A stretch of DNA of 64,000 nt from an uncultured Bacteroidales bacterium (lineage in GTDB: Bacteria > Bacteroidota > Bacteroidia > Bacteroidales > VadinHA17), in contig CAWJAW010000002.1 of the NCBI GenBank assembly GCA_963840965.1, positions 205,645-269,644 on the forward strand. Direction: 5' to 3'. Within the stretch, counting starts at the first letter, position 1; every line of letters begins with the position of its first letter. Positions 49,659-60,701 of the stretch are shown here, piece after piece. The notes beneath the pieces are model-generated. The model had not been told where the DNA came from, ran no database searches, and saw nothing but the letters and a program-made list of their open reading frames with translations. Position numbers and translations under genes: made by a program.

Positions 49659-50435
49659 TTATCTTCTTTTGCATACTATCTGATCCTTGTAAGCAAGACT
49701 GATAGACTTATATTTGTCCCAGCCGACCTCGGGCAGGACTTTGTCGTAAAACACCCTGAGGTATTTGAGCTTCTTCTCAAATTCACCCGGGCTGCCGAGA
49801 TGGATCACATGATTGCCGACTCTCGGTATCAGGTCAATCTCGTCATGCCTGTCAACAAAAATCTGATCGATCTGAGCCGACCAGAAATCATCCCTGTTTA
49901 TATAATCAACCAGATAAAAGACATCCTTCAGTATTGAATTCTTTATGCTGGTATCCAGGACGCTTATTCCGTTAAGCATTGCCTGGCTAATATTTACATT
50001 CCCTCCTACGATATGGAGCCTGGGTGTGTACAGGTTCCTTCTTCTTATCACCACACCTTCGTCGTCGATATAATAATCGCCTCCGTTTAAGGCCATAACC
50101 CTCATGATCGGTGTGCGCTGGTCGCCTACAATATGAAGCACACCATCAATCGAAATGAAGACCTCGGCCGTTTTGAGCTCCCTGTATCCGCTCATTGTCT
50201 CCTCAATCTCCTCAATATTGATATCCTTCACCGTCTTTCCCACAGGATTCCCATTCTTATTCAGGATGGTGTTCCGGATATCCCTTTCGGTGACGAAATG
50301 ATAGTCGGCTGAATCCACTATTGTTATCTCTATCTTACTGCAAAGCTTTGTATTATGCCAGTGAGAATGCCAGACCGGCGCTATAACCAGGTATAACGAC
50401 GGAATAAGCAATAATATCCTCAATGCCTTTTTCAT
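49659..50435 (-). CDS. ftsQ: Cell division protein FtsQ/DivIB
   Basis: Position between murC and ftsA; N-terminal TM, POTRA-like region, QRTPIMR, LIPRVG.H.I..G, QIVC. Confidence 0.85.
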   Translation of the reverse strand: MKKALRILLLIPSLYLVIAPVWHSHWHNTKLCSKIEITIVDSADYHFVTERDIRNTILNKNGNPVGKTVKDINIEEIEETMSGYRELKTAEVFISIDGVLHIVGDQRTPIMRVMALNGGDYYIDDEGVVIRRRNLYTPRLHIVGGNVNISQAMLNGISVLDTSIKNSILKDVFYLVDYINRDDFWSAQIDQIFVDRHDEIDLIPRVGNHVIHLGSPGEFEKKLKYLRVFYDKVLPEVGWDKYKSISLAYKDQIVCKRR

Positions 50436-51827
50436 TTCATTCTGCTGTTCAGAAGTTTCTCCTCTATCGGCGCAACGAGTTTATCTATATCTCCGGCGCC
50501 TATTGTTACCAGAACATCAATTTTGCCTGGATCAAGTATACCGGGGATATCCTCTGGGTTCATCATCTTCCTGCCATGCGATTTCATTCTTGAAAAGATC
50601 AATTTCCGAATCAACTCCGGGGATCGGTTTTTCCCTTGCAGGATAAACAGGAAGAAGGATTGCCTCGTCCAGTTCATCGAGAATCCGTGCAAATCCGTCG
50701 GCGTGATCGCGGGTGCGCGAAAAAAGATGAGGTTGGAATATGCCTGTGATTTTTCTTCCTCCGAAGTACTCCCTGATATTGGTGATACATGCCCTGATCT
50801 CCTCGGGATGATGGGCATAATCGTCGATATATGCCAGGCCCGGAAGATCTATCCTGATGTCGAATCTTCTCCTTACTCCCATGAACCGGGTTACGGCCTG
50901 CCTGATTTCATCCATACTGACTCCGCAATTCAGAGCCAGGGCAACAGCTGCGGTAAGATTCTCAATGTTGACCATGCCGGGGAAGGTGAATTCAAGATCC
51001 TCCAGAACACCGCCGGGAGTGTGCAGATTGAATATGTAAGTGCTACCCGACCGTCTTATTCCGTAGTACCTGTAATCGGCTTCCGGTTCTGAGCCGTAGG
51101 TGTACCTGCTTACTCCTGCCGGTATTTCAATACTGTCCCTTATCCTGTAGTTAACAAAAAGCAACCCCTGCTTCCTGATTTTTGAGCAAAACTCATTATA
51201 GGCATTTATCATCGACTGATGGTCGCCGTAAATGTCGAGGTGGTCCGGGTCGACCGAGGTAACAACAGCCATCAGAGGACTGAGCCTGTGAAAAGACCTG
51301 TCAAACTCGTCAGCCTCCATCACTATATACCTGCCTCCTCCGGTAAGCAGGTTTGATCCGTAGTTCTTTGATATGCCTCCAAGAAAGGCAGTGCAATCGA
51401 CATGCGACTGCTTAAGAAGATGCGCCGTCATTGTCGAGACTGTTGTCTTGCCATGAGTGCCTGCAATTGCAAGGGTATCGCCCGATGAAGATATCTCACC
51501 GAGTATTTCCGATCGCTTGTAAATCCGGTAACGGTTCTTGCGGAAGAATGAAATGATATGATTCTCGGACGGAATTGCAGGAGTATAGACCACAATCACC
51601 CTGTCCCTGAAACGGACCTCGCTGAACAGGGGAGGAACCTTCTTCAGGGAATCATCATAGGTTATCAAGCATCCCTTTTCAGCAAGATCCCGGGTAATAG
51701 ACGATTCAGACCTGTCGTAACCGCCGGTCAGAAACCCCTCCCGTTCATAATAAAGTGCTAGCGCGCTCATGCCGATTCCTCCGATACCGACAAAATAGAT
51801 CCCGTCTATGGTTCTCAGGTCGATCAT
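50432..51827 (-). CDS. murC: UDP-N-acetylmuramate--L-alanine ligase, with an apparent +1 frameshift at ~50604
   Basis: GIGGIGMS, GTHGKTT, EADE, DDYAHHP, FQPH..SRT in ORF 50532-51827; conserved C-terminal VLVTIGAGDI lies in the other frame (ORF 50432-50818). Confidence 0.93.
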
Positions 51828-52933
51828 CCTTCAGTGAGTTTGATTACTTCCCGGGCTATACGGATATCTGCATCCCGTTCGGCCATCTTTATAATATTTC
51901 CTGATAATGTACTTCTCCTCCCATCGTCAGAAACAAGATTCAGTACCTCAGGCACAAGCAGTTTACCGGCTTCGGAGTCAGGAACAACAATCGCCGCTTC
52001 CTTTGCCGCGAGCGCCATGGCGTTTTTTGTCTGGTGATCCTCGGCCACATTGGGAGAGGGAACCAGAATAACCGGTTTACCTACAAGGCACAATTCCGAA
52101 ATAGTCCCGGCTCCTGCCCTTGAAATTATTACCGAGGCTGCCGCGAATGCAAGATCCATCCTTTCGATGAATGAATGGACCGATATCTTACCTCCCTGTT
52201 CCGGAACCAGCTTCCTGACATCATCATAGTAGTACCTGCCTGTCTGCCACAGCCACTGGCATTCGGAATTACTAAGAACATCCAGGTTCGCAGAAAGGCA
52301 CCTGTTGATTGTTCCTGCTCCGAGCGAACCCCCAAGAACAAGGATAACCGGCAGTCCGGCGCTTAAACCGAAGAATTTCAGGGCTTCTTCCTTCTTTGCC
52401 TGCAGATCATCAAAGTTCTGGCGCACCGGATTTCCTGTAAGAATAATCTTTTCTGCAGGGAAGTATTTTTCCATGCCCTCGTATGCCACGCATATTGCAG
52501 AGGCTTTTTTAGCCAGAAGCCGGTTGGTTACACCGGCATAGCTGTTCTGTTCCTGGATCAGGAAGGGGATATTCATTCTGCCTGCCTGCCTCAGTACTGG
52601 TCCGCTGGCATAGCCTCCGACTCCGACTGCCGCATGAGGCCTGAATTCCTTCAGGGTCCTTCGTGCTATCCTGAGGCTTGCAATCAGTCTGAAAAATACC
52701 TGTATATTCCTAAGAATGTTTTTCCGGTTTATCCCGGCAACCGGAAGTCCGACTATCCTGAAACCGGCAGCCGGTACTTTTTCCATCTCCAGCTTGCCTT
52801 CGGCTCCAACAAAAAGCAATTCGATATCATGGTCAATCCGGCGCAGGGCATTGGCAATGGAAATAGCCGGGAACACATGGCCCCCTGTACCTCCACCGCT
52901 GATTATAACCCTTTTATGCTCCAGCCGGTTCAT
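51824..52933 (-). CDS. murG: Undecaprenyl-PP-MurNAc-pentapeptide GlcNAc transferase
   Basis: GGGTGGH, GGYAS, QEQN, GNPVR, GGSLGA, SRAGA, HQTKNA. Start set at ATG 52933. Confidence 0.97.
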   Translation of the reverse strand: MNRLEHKRVIISGGGTGGHVFPAISIANALRRIDHDIELLFVGAEGKLEMEKVPAAGFRIVGLPVAGINRKNILRNIQVFFRLIASLRIARRTLKEFRPHAAVGVGGYASGPVLRQAGRMNIPFLIQEQNSYAGVTNRLLAKKASAICVAYEGMEKYFPAEKIILTGNPVRQNFDDLQAKKEEALKFFGLSAGLPVILVLGGSLGAGTINRCLSANLDVLSNSECQWLWQTGRYYYDDVRKLVPEQGGKISVHSFIERMDLAFAAASVIISRAGAGTISELCLVGKPVILVPSPNVAEDHQTKNAMALAAKEAAIVVPDSEAGKLLVPEVLNLVSDDGRRSTLSGNIIKMAERDADIRIAREVIKLTEG

Positions 52934-54122
52934 ATATTCTTTCTCCTTCGTCAGTTTTTTCTTCCTCAGGTAATTCTTCCTTGCGAATCCTTGCATTTAC
53001 CACCCTGCTGACACTTAAGATGGCTCCGATAGAGAAGCTCATCACAAGCGCCGAGGTCCTGCCCCAGCTAACCATCGGCAGGGTCTGGCCTGTTACAGGG
53101 AACAGACCTACTGCAACCATCATGTTTATCATTGCCTGGACGGTTATCATGACCACCAGGCCAATCACCAGATAGGCAGGAAAAGCGGCATCGCATTTCC
53201 TCACAATGGTTATCCCCCGGAATAGCAAGACCATATAGGCCAGTATCAGAGGCAATGCACCGAAAAGCAGACCATATTCCTCAATTATAATTGCGAAAAT
53301 GAAGTCGGAGTTCGACTGCGGCAGCATGTTGCGCTGGGTGCTTCCTCCAGGTGCCTTGCCGAATAATCCGCCTGTCGATATGGCAATTTTAGCCTGATTC
53401 GACTGGTAGTTCGCATCGTCATCCACTTTGCTCGAGAAGTGGGATTGAATCCTTCTCTCCCATGTCTTAACCCTGTTATCATCCGATACAAGCATTAGAA
53501 CCCCTGCCATAATCGCAATACCAACAATTGCCATTCCGACATAAGCCAGCAGATACTTAATGGGAACTCGTCCGATGAACATGATTATCATACTGATGCC
53601 GAACACCATAACCGCTGTCGAAAGGTTCTCGGGCATGATGAGTCCGCAGACGACTGCAACCGGGACCATCATGTATCTGGTCACGAGCATGAAATCGGTA
53701 AGCTTGTCCTTAAACTGACCCAGAACCCTTGCCAGATATATCACGAGAGCCAGCTTGGCTATATCGGACGACTGTATCCTCCCGACACCCGGAATGTATA
53801 TGGCCCTGACGGCATCATTGATCCTGTCGCCGATCACAAAAGTAAGCGCCAGCAAAGCAATTGAAAAAAGCAGAAGCAATCCCGAAAGTCTGTAGTATAT
53901 CCTGTAAGGCAGATAGTGAACGATCACTATTATTCCCAGGCTCAGGGCAAGGATAATTAACTGGCTTCTCAGAAAGTAGGATGTATTTCCGCCGTGCCGG
54001 AGATAGGCGACACTCACTGAAGAGCTGTAGACGGCCAGCAGTGAGTAGATCATAAAGACCACCACCAGCGCCCAGATTACTCTGTCGCCCTTGAATGTTT
54101 TTGTGAGCCAGCCTTGCTGCAT
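52914..54122 (-). CDS. ftsW: SEDS peptidoglycan glycosyltransferase FtsW
   Basis: VYSSS, Q.SD.AK, NLSTA, YQ..QA.IAI..GG.FGK, SDFIFAIIIEEYG, PVTGQTLP; dcw position. Confidence 0.93.
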   Translation of the reverse strand: MQQGWLTKTFKGDRVIWALVVVFMIYSLLAVYSSSVSVAYLRHGGNTSYFLRSQLIILALSLGIIVIVHYLPYRIYYRLSGLLLLFSIALLALTFVIGDRINDAVRAIYIPGVGRIQSSDIAKLALVIYLARVLGQFKDKLTDFMLVTRYMMVPVAVVCGLIMPENLSTAVMVFGISMIIMFIGRVPIKYLLAYVGMAIVGIAIMAGVLMLVSDDNRVKTWERRIQSHFSSKVDDDANYQSNQAKIAISTGGLFGKAPGGSTQRNMLPQSNSDFIFAIIIEEYGLLFGALPLILAYMVLLFRGITIVRKCDAAFPAYLVIGLVVMITVQAMINMMVAVGLFPVTGQTLPMVSWGRTSALVMSFSIGAILSVSRVVNARIRKEELPEEEKTDEGERIYEPAGA

Positions 54123-54136
54123 TATTATCAGTTAAT

Positions 54137-55471
54137 TTAAAGATTCCTCACGGCTTGCTTGAACTGCCGGCCCCTGTCCTCATAATTATTGAAAAGGTCG
54201 AAGCTTGCACACGCCGGCGACAGAAGAACAGTCTGCCCTTTCCGGGCCAGGTAGTACGACGACCTGACGGCCTCAACCATTGAGGATGTCTCAACAATCG
54301 TAGGCACAATATCCCTGAATGACTCTATTATCTTTTTGTTGTCCTTGCCCAGGCAGACAATAGCCTTCACCTTCTGCTTCACCACCGGGAAAAGCTCGGA
54401 ATAATCATTCCCCTTGTCGATACCTCCTGCAATCCATACCACATCGGTCTCCATGCATTCCAGGGCGTACCATGTCGAATTGACATTGGTGCCCTTTGAA
54501 TCATTTATAAAGTTGATCCCGCAGACAGTGATCACCGGTTCGAGCCGGTGCTCAACTCCCTGAAAATCAGAAAGACTCTCCCGGATAGTCTCTTTCCTGA
54601 TCGTCAGAACTTTGCCTGCAATAGCCGCTGCCATTGAGTTGAATAGGTTGTGACGGCCCTTTAGTGCCAGATCGTGAATGGTCATAAGGTTGGTTTTAGT
54701 ATGGTAATCAATAATCAGTTCGTCGTTCTCAATCCAGGCTGCCATATTCTCCGTCGAATCAGCCGAAAAAGGAAGGAGGGTCATTCCGTACTTTTTTGCA
54801 GCCAGCTCTTTTCTGATAATGGGATCATCAGCCCAGTAAATGAAGAAATCGGATTTACCCTGGTTCCTGGTTATCCTGAATTTGGAATCAATGTAGTTCT
54901 GCAGGTTATGGTCGTACCTGTCGAGGTGATCGGGTGTGATGTTCATCAAGATTGCGATGTCAGCCCTGAAATCATACATCCCGTCCAGCTGGAAACTGCT
55001 CAGTTCGATAACATAATAGTCAAAGCCTCCTTCAGCCACCGCCATGGCAAAACTGTTGCCAACATTACCAGTCATTGCAGCGTTTTTGCCCTCTTTTCTG
55101 AGGATATGATATATCAGGTTCGTAACAGTGGTTTTACCGTTACTTCCCGTCACACAGATCTTTATACCTTCCGCATACCTGCCGGCAAATTCAATTTCCG
55201 AAATCACCGGTATGTCCTTTTCCCGAAGCTTAAGAATGAGCGGGGCGTCATCATGGATGCCGGGGCTCTTGATAACCTCACCGGCAGAGTAGATCTCCCT
55301 TTCAGTATGTTTGCCTTCCTCCCATCGAATCTGGTTCTCCTCAAGCAATTGCCTGTACTTTTCCTTCACCTCTCCTATATCGGATACAAAAACATCGAAG
55401 CCCTTCTTCTTCGCCAGAATTGCAGAGCCTGTCCCGCTCTCGCCCGCACCTAGTATAACAATCTTCTTCAT
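54137..55471 (-). CDS. murD: UDP-MurNAc-L-Ala--D-Glu ligase
   Basis: GAGESG, KSPG, TGSNGKTT, ELSSFQL, DHLDRY, NDSK.TN, LSPACASFD. Confidence 0.97.
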   Translation of the reverse strand: MKKIVILGAGESGTGSAILAKKKGFDVFVSDIGEVKEKYRQLLEENQIRWEEGKHTEREIYSAGEVIKSPGIHDDAPLILKLREKDIPVISEIEFAGRYAEGIKICVTGSNGKTTVTNLIYHILRKEGKNAAMTGNVGNSFAMAVAEGGFDYYVIELSSFQLDGMYDFRADIAILMNITPDHLDRYDHNLQNYIDSKFRITRNQGKSDFFIYWADDPIIRKELAAKKYGMTLLPFSADSTENMAAWIENDELIIDYHTKTNLMTIHDLALKGRHNLFNSMAAAIAGKVLTIRKETIRESLSDFQGVEHRLEPVITVCGINFINDSKGTNVNSTWYALECMETDVVWIAGGIDKGNDYSELFPVVKQKVKAIVCLGKDNKKIIESFRDIVPTIVETSSMVEAVRSSYYLARKGQTVLLSPACASFDLFNNYEDRGRQFKQAVRNL

Positions 55472-55476
55472 TCCCT

Positions 55477-56733
55477 TTATCTGATCTTAAGAGTCACTAT
55501 GCTTATCACAGCAAGTATTATCGCAACAATCCAGAACCTGGTGACAATCTTTGGTTCAGGATATCCTTTCTTCTGATAATGGTGATGGAGAGGCGCCATA
55601 AGAAATATCCGGCGTCCCGTTCCGTATTTCTTCCTGGTCCGCCTGAAATGCGAAACCTGAATTACAACCGACAGATTTTCAACAAGAAATATCCCGCACA
55701 ATATCGGAATCAACAGCTCTTTTCTAATTACAATTGCAAAAACCGCAATTATGCCGCCGAGGGCAAGACTTCCGGTATCTCCCATGAAAACCTGGGCAGG
55801 ATATGAATTATACCACAGGAAGCCGATAGTGGCTCCGATAAATGCGGCAGCATATATCACAAGCTCGGCACTGCCTGGTATATACATTATATTCAAATAG
55901 TTGGCATAAATGGTATTACTCGAGACGTATGCGAGTATCCCCAGTGCTGTTCCTATTATCGCCGAAGTACCCGTAGCCAGTCCGTCAAGTCCGTCGGTGA
56001 GATTAGCTCCGTTGGAAACAGCTGTTACGATGAAAATTACTATAAGCACATATACAAGCCAGGTTGCAGGCTTTCTTACATCTTCGGGAATGAAAGCCAC
56101 CAGCCATGCATAGTTGAATTCATTGTTCTTAACAAAGGGTATGGTGGTCTTGGTCGACTTATGCTCCATTGATACCTGGCCGTCGCCATAAAAAGGCCGG
56201 TCCTGGTCAAGCATTTCTATCCTTTCCCTTGGAGTGAGTTCCGAGACAGGTACTCTCTCCATGATGATCACATCCCTGCTGAAGTAAAAAGTAATACCAA
56301 TAATTATTCCCAGAACGATCTGCCCCAGAAGCTTAGAACGTGCTGCCAGTCCTTCCTTATTCTTTTTGAATACCTTTATATAATCGTCGATAAAGCCTAT
56401 AAAACCAAGCCACACTGTTGTGAGGATCATCAGAAGGATATAGATATTGTCGAGCCGTGCAAAGAGAAGGACAGGTATCAGTATGCTTGCCAGAATTATA
56501 ATACCGCCCATCGACGGGGTTCCCTTCTTCTGGTACTGGCCTTCGAGTCCGAGGTCCCTTACAACCTCCCCGACCTGCTTAACCTGGAGCCATGTGATTA
56601 TTTTCTTCCCTATCAGCATCGAGATGAAAAGGGATGTGATAACTGCCAGGGCCGACCTGAATGATATGTAATTGAACATACCGGCTCCGGGCACATCAAG
56701 CTGATCGAGATATCTGAAAAGATAATAAAGCAT
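55477..56733 (-). CDS. mraY: Phospho-MurNAc-pentapeptide transferase
   Basis: [39 protein letters not shown]. Confidence 0.97.
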   Translation of the reverse strand: MLYYLFRYLDQLDVPGAGMFNYISFRSALAVITSLFISMLIGKKIITWLQVKQVGEVVRDLGLEGQYQKKGTPSMGGIIILASILIPVLLFARLDNIYILLMILTTVWLGFIGFIDDYIKVFKKNKEGLAARSKLLGQIVLGIIIGITFYFSRDVIIMERVPVSELTPRERIEMLDQDRPFYGDGQVSMEHKSTKTTIPFVKNNEFNYAWLVAFIPEDVRKPATWLVYVLIVIFIVTAVSNGANLTDGLDGLATGTSAIIGTALGILAYVSSNTIYANYLNIMYIPGSAELVIYAAAFIGATIGFLWYNSYPAQVFMGDTGSLALGGIIAVFAIVIRKELLIPILCGIFLVENLSVVIQVSHFRRTRKKYGTGRRIFLMAPLHHHYQKKGYPEPKIVTRFWIVAIILAVISIVTLKIR

Positions 56734-56736
56734 ACC

Positions 56737-58203
56737 TTATTTATTGTTTTTCAGCAGCAGGGCGGATTTGAGTTCCTCCCTGTCATCGAAATGATATTTC
56801 ACACCGTTTATTTCCTGGTAATTTTCATGCCCCTTCCCTGCCACCAGCACAACGTCGCCCGGCCCGGCAAGCATCACCGCGGCTTTAATAGCCTCCCTCC
56901 GGTTAGTGATCCTCAGGACTTTCCTCCTCACTTCCGGGGTGATGCCAGCTTCCATGTCATCGAGAATCTTATCCGGATCTTCCGTCCGGGGATTGTCGGA
57001 TGTCAGAATGACTTTTGAACTTCCTTCTGCGGTGATTGCCGCCATAAGCGGACGCTTGGTACGGTCTCTGTCTCCTCCGGCCCCAACCACAGTAATCAGC
57101 TCCCTGTCACCGGGCCTGATCCTGTTGATTGTTGTTATGACATTCTGAAGTGCATCGGGAGTGTGGGCATAATCGACAAGACAACTTATTTCTCCAGGTC
57201 CCTCAACAACTTCCAGTCGTCCCGGAACCGACTTCAGTTCACTCAGTATCCTGAGCACTTCCTCCTTTTCAGCACCAAGAATCACAGCAGCCGAATAGAC
57301 TGCAAGAAGATTTGAAGCATTGTAGTCGCCGATAAAGCGTGTCCAGACATCTTCTCCCTGTATCCTGAGCTCCATCCCCGAAAAATCCTGTTCAAGGACC
57401 GTACACCGGAAATCAGCTTTTCCCCTGGTCGAAAAGGTATATCTGGCGGCCCGGCAATTCTGAATCATCACCTTCCCATTCCTGTCATCATTGTTTACCA
57501 GGGCAAAAGCTGAGGAAGGAAGGGAGTCAAAAAAGGTCTTCTTTGCATTGAGGTAGTTGTCGAATGTCTTATGATAATCAAGATGATCGTGGGTCAGATT
57601 GGTAAAGATTCCGCCTGCAAAATCCAATCCTGCAATCCTGTTCTGGTCAACTGCATGGCTGCTTACCTCCATGAAGGCATAATCACATCCGGCCTCAACC
57701 ATAGCTGCAAGCGTCCTGTTCAGCTCAACCGGATCTGGTGTGGTGTGAGTGGCCGGAAGCTCAGTATTTCCTATATAATTACAAACGGTTGAAAAGAGTC
57801 CGCACTTGTAACCCAGCTTCGTGAACATCCGGTAAAGAAGGGTGGCTATCGTGGTTTTTCCGTTAGTGCCGGTTACGCCTGTAAGTTTAAGTGATGATGA
57901 GGGATTGCCATAAAACCCGGAAGCGACAACTCCAAGTGTCCTGGCGGAATTTTCAGTCTTTATCCAGCAAACTCCCGCCCCGGCATCTTCAGGAATTTTT
58001 TCACAAATAATTGCCTTTGCCCCTGCCTGAACTGCAGCGTCAATAAAATCGTGACCATCGCTTCTGGTTCCCCTGACCGCTACGAAGAGCGTTTCGGGAC
58101 CAACATTGCGTGAATCGAACGATATATCACCGACCACTGTGCCGCTGTCGCCTGTGACAGACACTATCGCTGCATTCTCTATAAGATCTCTTACCCGTTT
58201 CAT
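56737..58203 (-). CDS. murE: UDP-MurNAc-dipeptide--meso-diaminopimelate ligase
   Basis: TGTNGKTT, TTPD, MEVSSH, DHLDYH, DYAHTPD, DNPR (mDAP specificity), AGKGHE. Confidence 0.97.
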   Translation of the reverse strand: MKRVRDLIENAAIVSVTGDSGTVVGDISFDSRNVGPETLFVAVRGTRSDGHDFIDAAVQAGAKAIICEKIPEDAGAGVCWIKTENSARTLGVVASGFYGNPSSSLKLTGVTGTNGKTTIATLLYRMFTKLGYKCGLFSTVCNYIGNTELPATHTTPDPVELNRTLAAMVEAGCDYAFMEVSSHAVDQNRIAGLDFAGGIFTNLTHDHLDYHKTFDNYLNAKKTFFDSLPSSAFALVNNDDRNGKVMIQNCRAARYTFSTRGKADFRCTVLEQDFSGMELRIQGEDVWTRFIGDYNASNLLAVYSAAVILGAEKEEVLRILSELKSVPGRLEVVEGPGEISCLVDYAHTPDALQNVITTINRIRPGDRELITVVGAGGDRDRTKRPLMAAITAEGSSKVILTSDNPRTEDPDKILDDMEAGITPEVRRKVLRITNRREAIKAAVMLAGPGDVVLVAGKGHENYQEINGVKYHFDDREELKSALLLKNNK

Positions 58204-58209
58204 AACAGA

Positions 58210-60330
58210 TCACATATTCATATCGAGTGAAACAACACTGCCCTCATACACCCTGGCTCCATGCTGGGGTGATTGCCTCAGGACCCTTCCCTTGCCGCTG
58301 TATTTCACCTTCAGCCCGGCATTTTCAATGAGATACACTGCATCTCTCAGACTCATTCCCCTGACATCCGGCACAAGGCCTTTTCTTACATCCAGACCAA
58401 CAAGCCTGATTGTGTCGCCGCTTTCGCGGGTGGCCACCCAGTCTTCCTTTGAAGTCTTGCGGTATCTGACATCAAGTTCTCCAAGAACTTCGTTTATATC
58501 AGCCCTCAAACCATTGCCGGCCTCAGGAACCAGCCCTTTCATTTCTTTTTTCCTTTCAGGGTTATTTTCAGCCCTGTAATCGCGATAGAAAGTGGTTGCA
58601 TAAACCTTGTCGGATATCTCCTTGAAGACCGATCCTGCAACAATATTTCCGTAGTAAACCCCGTTCGAAGGGGCATTCACGACGACAATGCATGAATAGA
58701 GAGGATTTTCGGCCGGGAAATAACCCACAAAGGAGGCCTGGTATGTAATCTTCCGGCGGTATCCCTGGTTATTCATCGCTATCTGCGCGGTACCGGTCTT
58801 GCCTGCTATCCTGTACTCAGGATTTTTCAGATTAATTGCTGTTCCTCTTTCGACAACACCTTCCATCATTGCCCTGGCTTTCCGGATAGTGCTTCGCGAA
58901 GCGATGGAATTTATTATGACTTCTGTTCCGAAACTCTTTACCACCGATCCGTTATCCAGGATAGCGGTAACAAACCTTGGCCGCATCATCTTCCCGTTAT
59001 TTGCCACTGCATTGTAGAATGCAAGCGTCTGCAGGGGAGTCATCTGTACTTCGTAGCCATGCGACATCATAGGCAGGGAAAGCCCTGACCAGAACTTTTC
59101 GCCGGGATATCTTATAAGAGGTTTGCCCTCACCTTTTATCTGAACATCCAGAGGCTGGTTGAGTTTCATTGCATACAGCCTGTTGATAAAAGCCTTGGGA
59201 TTATCCTTGTAGTTCTCATTGATTATGACGGATGTTCCCACGTTCGAAGAATATTCGAAAACCTCCTTCACGGTGATCTTTCCAAACCCGCCTTCTTTTG
59301 TATCCCTGATTATCTTATTGTAATATCTGATAGTGCCGTCGCCTGTATCAACAATATCGCCTGTATCAACAACTCCGTCCTCGATAGCAGCCATCAGGGC
59401 AGCCAGCTTAAAGGTGGATCCGGGTTCAGTGCTTTCGGCAATTGCATAGTTGTATGTTTCGTGATAGCTTCCGTCGTCAGCTCTTTCAAGGTTTGCTATT
59501 GCACGGACATCACCGGTGGAAACCTCCATAAGGACTGCACATCCATGATGGGCATTATGTCTTCGCAGCTGCTTTTCAAGGGCACTGGAAGCAACATCCT
59601 GAAGATCAACGTCGATGGTAGTCTGAATGTCATTACCATCCCTGGCCTCTATTCTCTCACCATTATTGACGGTGATCCAGTCACCGCCCGTAAGACGTTG
59701 TTTTACAACCATTCCGTTCTTCCCGGCAAGTTCCTTGTCGAACGACCCCTCAAGTCCCACACGGGTTCCTTCAGTTCCCTGGTTCAGGTAACCTATTGTC
59801 CTGGCTGCAAGTTCGTTATTCGGAAGTATCCTCCTGTTCTCAGGCTGGGCAACAAGCCCTCCCCGGAACTGGCCTTCCCTGAATATCGGGAGTTCCTTAA
59901 TCTTTTTCAGGGTTGCATAATCAACCCTCTTCTGTATCAGAAAATAGCGGTCACCCCTCTTCCTTGCTGCTGTGATAACCGATTTCCATCCCGATGCCGA
60001 CCTTACTCCAAGATATCTCGATAAGCCCTGGCATAAGCCGTCGATTCCATTTGTCCAGGTTGCCCCCGACATGCCGCTGCTCCTGGTATCCATATAAATG
60101 GAATAATAAGGTACAGAACTGGCAAGCAGCCGGCCGTCACGGGCCAGTATGTCGCCTCTGTTTGCCGGCATCTCGGCGGTCTTGAAAACATATTTCTCAC
60201 TTAATTCCGACCATCTGCCTTTCTGGACATACTGCAGGACAAGAATCTGAACAATCAGGGCAACACCGCACAGTATCAAAACAAGGTAAACCACCCCGCT
60301 CCTGAATACTATTTCGTCCCTGACTGTCAT
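58210..60330 (-). CDS. ftsI: Class B penicillin-binding protein with C-terminal PASTA domain
   Basis: RGDI.ARDG, GLE, EPGSTFK (SxxK), SSN (SxN), KTGTAQ; PASTA VPDVRGMSLRDA. Confidence 0.93.
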   Translation of the reverse strand: MTVRDEIVFRSGVVYLVLILCGVALIVQILVLQYVQKGRWSELSEKYVFKTAEMPANRGDILARDGRLLASSVPYYSIYMDTRSSGMSGATWTNGIDGLCQGLSRYLGVRSASGWKSVITAARKRGDRYFLIQKRVDYATLKKIKELPIFREGQFRGGLVAQPENRRILPNNELAARTIGYLNQGTEGTRVGLEGSFDKELAGKNGMVVKQRLTGGDWITVNNGERIEARDGNDIQTTIDVDLQDVASSALEKQLRRHNAHHGCAVLMEVSTGDVRAIANLERADDGSYHETYNYAIAESTEPGSTFKLAALMAAIEDGVVDTGDIVDTGDGTIRYYNKIIRDTKEGGFGKITVKEVFEYSSNVGTSVIINENYKDNPKAFINRLYAMKLNQPLDVQIKGEGKPLIRYPGEKFWSGLSLPMMSHGYEVQMTPLQTLAFYNAVANNGKMMRPRFVTAILDNGSVVKSFGTEVIINSIASRSTIRKARAMMEGVVERGTAINLKNPEYRIAGKTGTAQIAMNNQGYRRKITYQASFVGYFPAENPLYSCIVVVNAPSNGVYYGNIVAGSVFKEISDKVYATTFYRDYRAENNPERKKEMKGLVPEAGNGLRADINEVLGELDVRYRKTSKEDWVATRESGDTIRLVGLDVRKGLVPDVRGMSLRDAVYLIENAGLKVKYSGKGRVLRQSPQHGARVYEGSVVSLDMNM

Positions 60331-60338
60331 CCTGTTCT

Positions 60339-60701
60339 CTATTTATCAGTTACAATTTTAAATGGAGGCGTCTTGAGCTCCTCCAGCCCAAGTCCCTTTT
60401 CACTTACCAGCCTGGAAACCTCCGACTGCCTGCTCACCGACATCAGTTGTGCCGAAGTGGAAAGGGCTTCCGCCTTAAGATCCTTTACCTCTCTGGCCAG
60501 ACTGGCACTCTCGCGCGTTATCCTTTCTGCATGAAAGCGGTTGCCGATGTAAAAAGCCCCGAGAATAGTCAGAAAGATTATAAACCACAGGTTCTTGAGA
60601 ACTATCACGTCGGAGAAGATAATCCCGCTCATCAGTTCTTTCATAAAACTACCGCTCCTGCCCTGTTTGGGCTTTTCCTCTTTCTGTTCGGAGTTATTCA
60701 T
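60339..60701 (-). CDS. ftsL: FtsL-like cell division protein
   Basis: 120 aa, one TM plus coiled coil, between rsmH and ftsI. Confidence 0.85.
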   Translation of the reverse strand: MNNSEQKEEKPKQGRSGSFMKELMSGIIFSDVIVLKNLWFIIFLTILGAFYIGNRFHAERITRESASLAREVKDLKAEALSTSAQLMSVSRQSEVSRLVSEKGLGLEELKTPPFKIVTDK

